A DNA stretch of 64,000 bases. It comes from Gemmatimonas sp. Lineage in GTDB: Bacteria; Gemmatimonadota; Gemmatimonadetes; Gemmatimonadales; Gemmatimonadaceae. The notes under the pieces are model-generated. The model saw only the letters and a list, made by a program, of their open reading frames with translations, was not told where the DNA came from and did not search any database. Location of the stretch: NCBI GenBank assembly GCA_031414535.1, contig JANNVQ010000029.1, forward strand, positions 1 to 64,000, given 5' to 3'. A program made the position numbers and the translations under genes. Below are positions 59,519 to 64,000 of this stretch, piece after piece. Each line of letters begins with the position of its first letter. The first letter of the stretch is position 1.

Positions 59519-61540
59519 GTGGTCCTCGTCGGCGAGCTGTCGCTCTGGATTGCCCTATTGATGGGCGTGTGGGCCGTCACCTTGAGTTTTGCGGGTGGCT
59601 ATCTCAAGCGGGATGATTTGATCACCAGTGGCGAGCGCGGGCTCTACGCGACCACGGGTTTCGTGGTGCTGGCCTCGCTCGGACTGTGGACGGCCCTGCT
59701 CACCAGCGATTTCTCGGTGCGCTACGTGTCATCGTTCACGAGCGAGAACTTGCCGATTGTCTACAAGTTCTCGGCGTTCTGGGGTGGCCAGGCGGGCTCG
59801 ATGCTCTTCTGGTGTCTCGTACTCGCTGGGTACGCTGCGGCGGCCACGTTTACCAATCGCTCTAAGAATCGCGCGCTGATGCCTTGGGTTACGGGCACCA
59901 ATGCGGCGGTGTTGCTCTTCTTTGTTGCGGCGACGGCGCTGGCGTCCAATCCGTTCGAACGCCTTGAATGGATTCCGCCCGATGGCCGCGGACTCAACCC
60001 GCAGCTGCAGAATCCGGCGATGGCTATTCATCCGCCGCTCTTGTACTTGGGTTACGTGGCGACGGCCATTCCATTTGGATTCGCGACGGCGGCGCTGATT
60101 ACGCGTCGGCTCGACGCCGAGTGGCTGGGTGCGGTGCGCAAGTGGGCGCTCATCTCATGGGTCTTCCTGACGCTCGGCATCCTGCTCGGCATGTGGTGGG
60201 CGTATGTGGAGCTTGGCTGGGGCGGCTACTGGATGTGGGATCCCGTAGAGAACGCCTCGTTGCTGCCTTGGCTCACGGGCACTGCGTTCCTGCACAGCAT
60301 CATGATTCAGGAAAAGCGCGGCATGCTGCGCAAGTGGAACGTGGTGTTGGTTGTCGGCACCTTCCTGCTCAGCATCTTCGGCACGTTCATCACGCGTTCG
60401 GGCATCATTCAGTCGGTGCACTCGTTTGCGCAGAGCGACATCGGGATGTGGTTCGGCACCTTCCTCATCCTCGCATTCGTTGCGACGGCGTGGTTGGTCT
60501 CTGTCCGCTTGAAGGATCTTGAGTCAAAGGCCGAGCTGGAGGCGATGATTTCGCGCGAGGCGGCCTTCCTTTACAACAACCTCGTGCTCGTGGGCATCGC
60601 GTTCTCGGTGCTTTGGGGCACGCTGTTCCCGATTCTCTCCGAGGCCGTGCGCGGCTCGAAGATCACCGTGGGCGAGAGCTTCTTCAATGCGGTGAACGTG
60701 CCGCTCGGTTTGTTGTTGCTCGCGCTGACGGGCATCGGACCGCTCATCGCTTGGCGCCGGGCGTCGGTGCAGAACATCCAGCGTCAGTTTGCCGGCCCCG
60801 CGTTCTTCGGCGTGGTGATGGCAGCTGCGCTCTACATCCTTGGTGCGCGTGAGCTGTATCCGCTCATGGCTTGGGGGCTCGGCGCCTTCGTCGCCGGTAC
60901 CATCATCCAAGAGTTCTACAAGGGCATTGCGGCGCGCAACAAGATGCACGGCGAGAACATCGCCATCGCGTTCGTGAACCTCATCGCGCGTAATCGCCGG
61001 CGCTACGGCGGCTACATCGTGCACGCGGGTATCGTCATCCTGTTCTCGGCGTTTGCTGGCATGGCGTTCAAGCAGGAGCACGACGTCACGCTCGCCGATG
61101 GGGAGAGCTTCACCACAACGGATCCCTTCGGTCGCGAGTGGACCTTCACCAGCGACGGCATCTCGGCGTTCAAGGCACTTAACCGCGATGTGGTGGCCAT
61201 CTCCCTGATGTCCACGATGAATGGCGTCGCGCAGCCGGTGCTCACCAGCGAGAAGCGCCAGCACTTTGATTCGCGAGGGAATCCCACCTTCCAGCCGTCC
61301 ACGGAAGTTGGCATCCTCACGCAGGGTAAGCAGGATGTGTACTTAGTGCTCGCTGGCACGATTGGCGACCGCGCTGAAATCAGAATCAACTTCAATCCGC
61401 TCGTGGCCTGGGTGTGGAACGGTGGATTGTTGATGGCGCTTGGTGGTCTCATTGTGATGTGGCCGCAGAGCGAGCGGAAGCGTCAGGGGGGCTACGTGAC
61501 CGAATTGCAGCCGCAGCACAACGAGACGGCGGGCGTCTGA
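59519..61540 (+). CDS. ccmF: Cytochrome c heme lyase CcmF
   Basis: 'GLNPQLQ', 'IHPP', WWD domain 'WAYVELGWGGYWMWDPVEN', 'SVHSF'. Confidence 0.97.
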   Translation: MVLVGELSLWIALLMGVWAVTLSFAGGYLKRDDLITSGERGLYATTGFVVLASLGLWTALLTSDFSVRYVSSFTSENLPIVYKFSAFWGGQAGSMLFWCLVLAGYAAAATFTNRSKNRALMPWVTGTNAAVLLFFVAATALASNPFERLEWIPPDGRGLNPQLQNPAMAIHPPLLYLGYVATAIPFGFATAALITRRLDAEWLGAVRKWALISWVFLTLGILLGMWWAYVELGWGGYWMWDPVENASLLPWLTGTAFLHSIMIQEKRGMLRKWNVVLVVGTFLLSIFGTFITRSGIIQSVHSFAQSDIGMWFGTFLILAFVATAWLVSVRLKDLESKAELEAMISREAAFLYNNLVLVGIAFSVLWGTLFPILSEAVRGSKITVGESFFNAVNVPLGLLLLALTGIGPLIAWRRASVQNIQRQFAGPAFFGVVMAAALYILGARELYPLMAWGLGAFVAGTIIQEFYKGIAARNKMHGENIAIAFVNLIARNRRRYGGYIVHAGIVILFSAFAGMAFKQEHDVTLADGESFTTTDPFGREWTFTSDGISAFKALNRDVVAISLMSTMNGVAQPVLTSEKRQHFDSRGNPTFQPSTEVGILTQGKQDVYLVLAGTIGDRAEIRINFNPLVAWVWNGGLLMALGGLIVMWPQSERKRQGGYVTELQPQHNETAGV

Positions 61541-62115
61541 TGCTGACGCGTCGCGAGCTCTTTGTTGGTGCGGCTGGCCTCGGCGCGGTGCTCGCCTCGC
61601 GTTCACTTAGTGGGCAGCAGCCCGCGTTTACGCCGATGAATCAGGACGCGTACCGGCCGGTGCTGCGTGACCCCAAGCCAGGTGCCGCGCCATCAATGAC
61701 CCCACTCGAGCGCGATCAGCTCGAGCGTCAGCTCAAGTGTCAGTGCACCTGCATCCTTGATGTGTACACCTGCCGTACGACGGACTTTACCTGCGGCGTC
61801 TCACCCTCGATGCATCGCGATGTGCTGCGCCTCGTCGAGGGCGGCTATACCGCCCAAGAAATTAAGGACGCCTTCGTCGCCAACTACGGTGAAGTCGCAC
61901 TCACCGCTCCGGTGAAGCAGGGGTTCAATTGGGCGGGCTACTTCGCGCCCGCCATCGTGATGGCGACCGGCGGCGTCATTCTCACGATGATGCTCCGTCG
62001 TTGGTCCACGCGTGCCGCCGCCAACGCCATGGTGCGAACGGACATTCCGCGCCCCGTGGCTGCCACGGAAGACGAGATGGCCCGGCTCCAGCGCGCGCTC
62101 CGCGACGAGGAGTGA
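61540..62115 (+). CDS. ccmH: CcmH-like protein with twin-arginine signal
   Basis: 'TRRELF', 'LKCQCTC', 'FVANYGEVAL.AP', C-terminal TM. Confidence 0.75.
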   Translation: MLTRRELFVGAAGLGAVLASRSLSGQQPAFTPMNQDAYRPVLRDPKPGAAPSMTPLERDQLERQLKCQCTCILDVYTCRTTDFTCGVSPSMHRDVLRLVEGGYTAQEIKDAFVANYGEVALTAPVKQGFNWAGYFAPAIVMATGGVILTMMLRRWSTRAAANAMVRTDIPRPVAATEDEMARLQRALRDEE

Positions 62116-62116
62116 G

Positions 62117-62608
62117 ATGATTGCACTGCTGCTCGGCTCCGTACTCGCGGTGCTTGCGCTTGCCTACGTGCTATATCCGCTGATCAAGGGCAACAGCGCA
62201 GCGCCAGTCCTCGTGCTCGCGCCTGAGGCGGCCCCAGAGTCTTCGGCGCTCGACGCGCTGCGTGAGATTGAGTTCGACGAAGCCACGGGCAAGCTCTCGC
62301 CTGAGGATTACGCCACCCTGAAGGCGACGTACACGCCGCTGGCCTTGGCTGAGTTGCGGGCGCGCGAGCTGGGCGAGAAGGCGACGCCGGGCGGCGCGGC
62401 CACTGACGATGCGGCCGAGGCATTGATTGCGCGAGCCAAGCAGCAGGGCGGCAATTGTTCGTCCTGCGGACCGCGTCCAGAGAGCGATGCTTTGTTCTGC
62501 TCGGACTGCGGGCGGTTCTTGGGTGCGGTGTGCTTGAGTTGCGGCGCGCCGGCGGGGTCTGATACGGCGCGCTTTTGCGTGGAGTGCGGGGCGGCGCTGG
62601 CGGCCTAG
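62117..62608 (+). CDS. CcmI-like N-terminus fused to double zinc ribbon
   Basis: TM, 'LREIEFDEATGKLS..DY', four CxxC pairs. Confidence 0.75.
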   Translation: MIALLLGSVLAVLALAYVLYPLIKGNSAAPVLVLAPEAAPESSALDALREIEFDEATGKLSPEDYATLKATYTPLALAELRARELGEKATPGGAATDDAAEALIARAKQQGGNCSSCGPRPESDALFCSDCGRFLGAVCLSCGAPAGSDTARFCVECGAALAA

Positions 62609-63912
62609 CGCCGCACCGGATTCATCGCCAGCCAATCCAGCGCCAGCGCGGACATCGCACGCACGCCCACCGGCAGTGCCGATTCATCCGCAACAAAGAA
62701 CGGTGAGTGATTCCGCGGCCGCGACTCAAAGTCCGTGGTGAGCGGTGTCACGCCGAGGAAGATGAACAGGCCTGGCACTCGCTCCTGGAAGTAGGAGAAA
62801 TCCTCAGAAGCAGTCACCAGTGGCTCGATGCTGACGTGCTCTGCGCCCGCGGCGCGGCGCAAAGTGGGCACCATGGACTCTGTGAGCGGAATCTCGTTGC
62901 GCGTGACGGGATATCCGGAATCAATCTTCACGGTTGCCACGGCACCCGAGGCCTCGGCGATGTTGCTGGCCGTGCGCTCGATGCGACGGAAGATGTCCTC
63001 GCGCTGCTCACGCCCGAAAGTGCGAATGGTGCCGATCATCACCACGCTGTCGGGGATGATGTTGCTGCGCACGCCCGCGTTGAATTGGCCAATCGTGATG
63101 ATGGCGGGGTTCTCAGTGATGTTGACTTGCCGAGCGATGATGGTCTGCAACCCGGCCACGACTTGCGAACCCACCACGATGGGATCCACGCCGCCCCAGG
63201 GGTTGGCGCCATGCGTCTGCCGCCCACGCACGGTGATGGTCACGGTGTTACTCGCGGCCATTGTCGGGCCCGCGCGATACGTGATCTCGCCGGCGCGGCC
63301 GTTCCACACGTGCAGGCCAAAAATCGCCTCGACCTTGGGATTGTCGAGCGCACCTTCGCGAATCATCCGCTCTGCGCCGCCACCGCCATCGGGGTGACCC
63401 TCTTCAGCTGGCTGGAAGATGAAGACTACCGTACCCGGTAGCTGCGCCTTCATGCCGGCGAGTGCTTCTGCCGCGCCCATCAAGATTGACACGTGATTGT
63501 CGTGTCCGCAGGCATGCATGACGCCGACTTCCTGGCCGTTGTATTGCGCACGCACGCGCGACCGAAATGGAAGATCCACTTGTTCCGTCACGGGGAGTCC
63601 ATCCATATCGGCCCGCAGCGCGACGACGCGCCCCGGCCGCCCGCCGCGGAGGACGCCCACCACGCCATGTCCTCCCACGCCCGTGCGCACTTCCATCCCA
63701 AGCCCACGCAGGTGCTCGGCTACCAGCTGCGCCGTGCGCACCTCAAACCCGCTCAGCTCCGGATTAGCGTGGAGATCGCGACGCCAGGTGACCACCTTCG
63801 GCATCACACTCGTGACACGGCGATCGAGTTCGGCGCTGAGCGGAGACTGCGCCGCGAGCTGCAGCGGAGCGAGTGCGAGAATAGCAAGCAATACCGCGCG
63901 TGACGAACGCAT
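62605..63912 (-). CDS. M20D-family amidohydrolase (secreted)
   Basis: 'RRDLHANPEL', 'LRADMD', 'MHACGHD', 'FQPAEEG', 'SEDF'. Confidence 0.93.
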   Translation of the reverse strand: MRSSRAVLLAILALAPLQLAAQSPLSAELDRRVTSVMPKVVTWRRDLHANPELSGFEVRTAQLVAEHLRGLGMEVRTGVGGHGVVGVLRGGRPGRVVALRADMDGLPVTEQVDLPFRSRVRAQYNGQEVGVMHACGHDNHVSILMGAAEALAGMKAQLPGTVVFIFQPAEEGHPDGGGGAERMIREGALDNPKVEAIFGLHVWNGRAGEITYRAGPTMAASNTVTITVRGRQTHGANPWGGVDPIVVGSQVVAGLQTIIARQVNITENPAIITIGQFNAGVRSNIIPDSVVMIGTIRTFGREQREDIFRRIERTASNIAEASGAVATVKIDSGYPVTRNEIPLTESMVPTLRRAAGAEHVSIEPLVTASEDFSYFQERVPGLFIFLGVTPLTTDFESRPRNHSPFFVADESALPVGVRAMSALALDWLAMNPVRR

Positions 63913-64000
63913 CAGGTGGAGCCTCGGCCGAGATGGGATGAACTTGTAAGATGCGTGCTTAGAACCTGAGGCAGAAGGGCCGGGTACTGCATACATTCCG

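Overview
High-GC, gene-dense chromosomal window with about 60 CDS. Gene content suggests a Gemmatimonadota-like bacterium (inference). I found no rRNA, tRNA, CRISPR array, transposase or phage genes. Housekeeping genes: tdk, an aminotransferase, folE, ybdK, ligA, ferritin, pyrimidine-nucleoside phosphorylase, recF-dciA-gyrB, mtnA, glpK and ccmEFH. Main points of interest: (1) A ~10 kb module (28.9-38.8 kb) encodes a TonB receptor, an Na+/solute symporter, a YnjF-like CDP-alcohol phosphotransferase, a VTT/DedA-DUF547 fusion, a flavin disulfide reductase, a YtxJ-like thioredoxin and a YHS protein. A shared ECF-type promoter, GAA(C/T)(T/C)-N15-GT(C/A)(T/A), precedes all five transcription units, including that of the resident ECF sigma/zinc anti-sigma pair. 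(2) A complete archaeal-style nurA-herA-mre11-rad50 operon carries a coupled GNAT gene. (3) A PTPS-II/FolE/SDR operon could make tetrahydrobiopterin, and an orphan terminator/sRNA candidate lies upstream. (4) ligA apparently needs a CTG start. (5) A DEAD-box pseudo-helicase. (6) A GACGGAT heptamer palindromic repeat family. (7) A CxxxY CcmE with a Tat-signal, Cys-rich CcmH. (8) A secreted metalloprotease with a dockerin-like tail paired with a lipoprotein. All calls come from motif recognition by eye; no searches were run.
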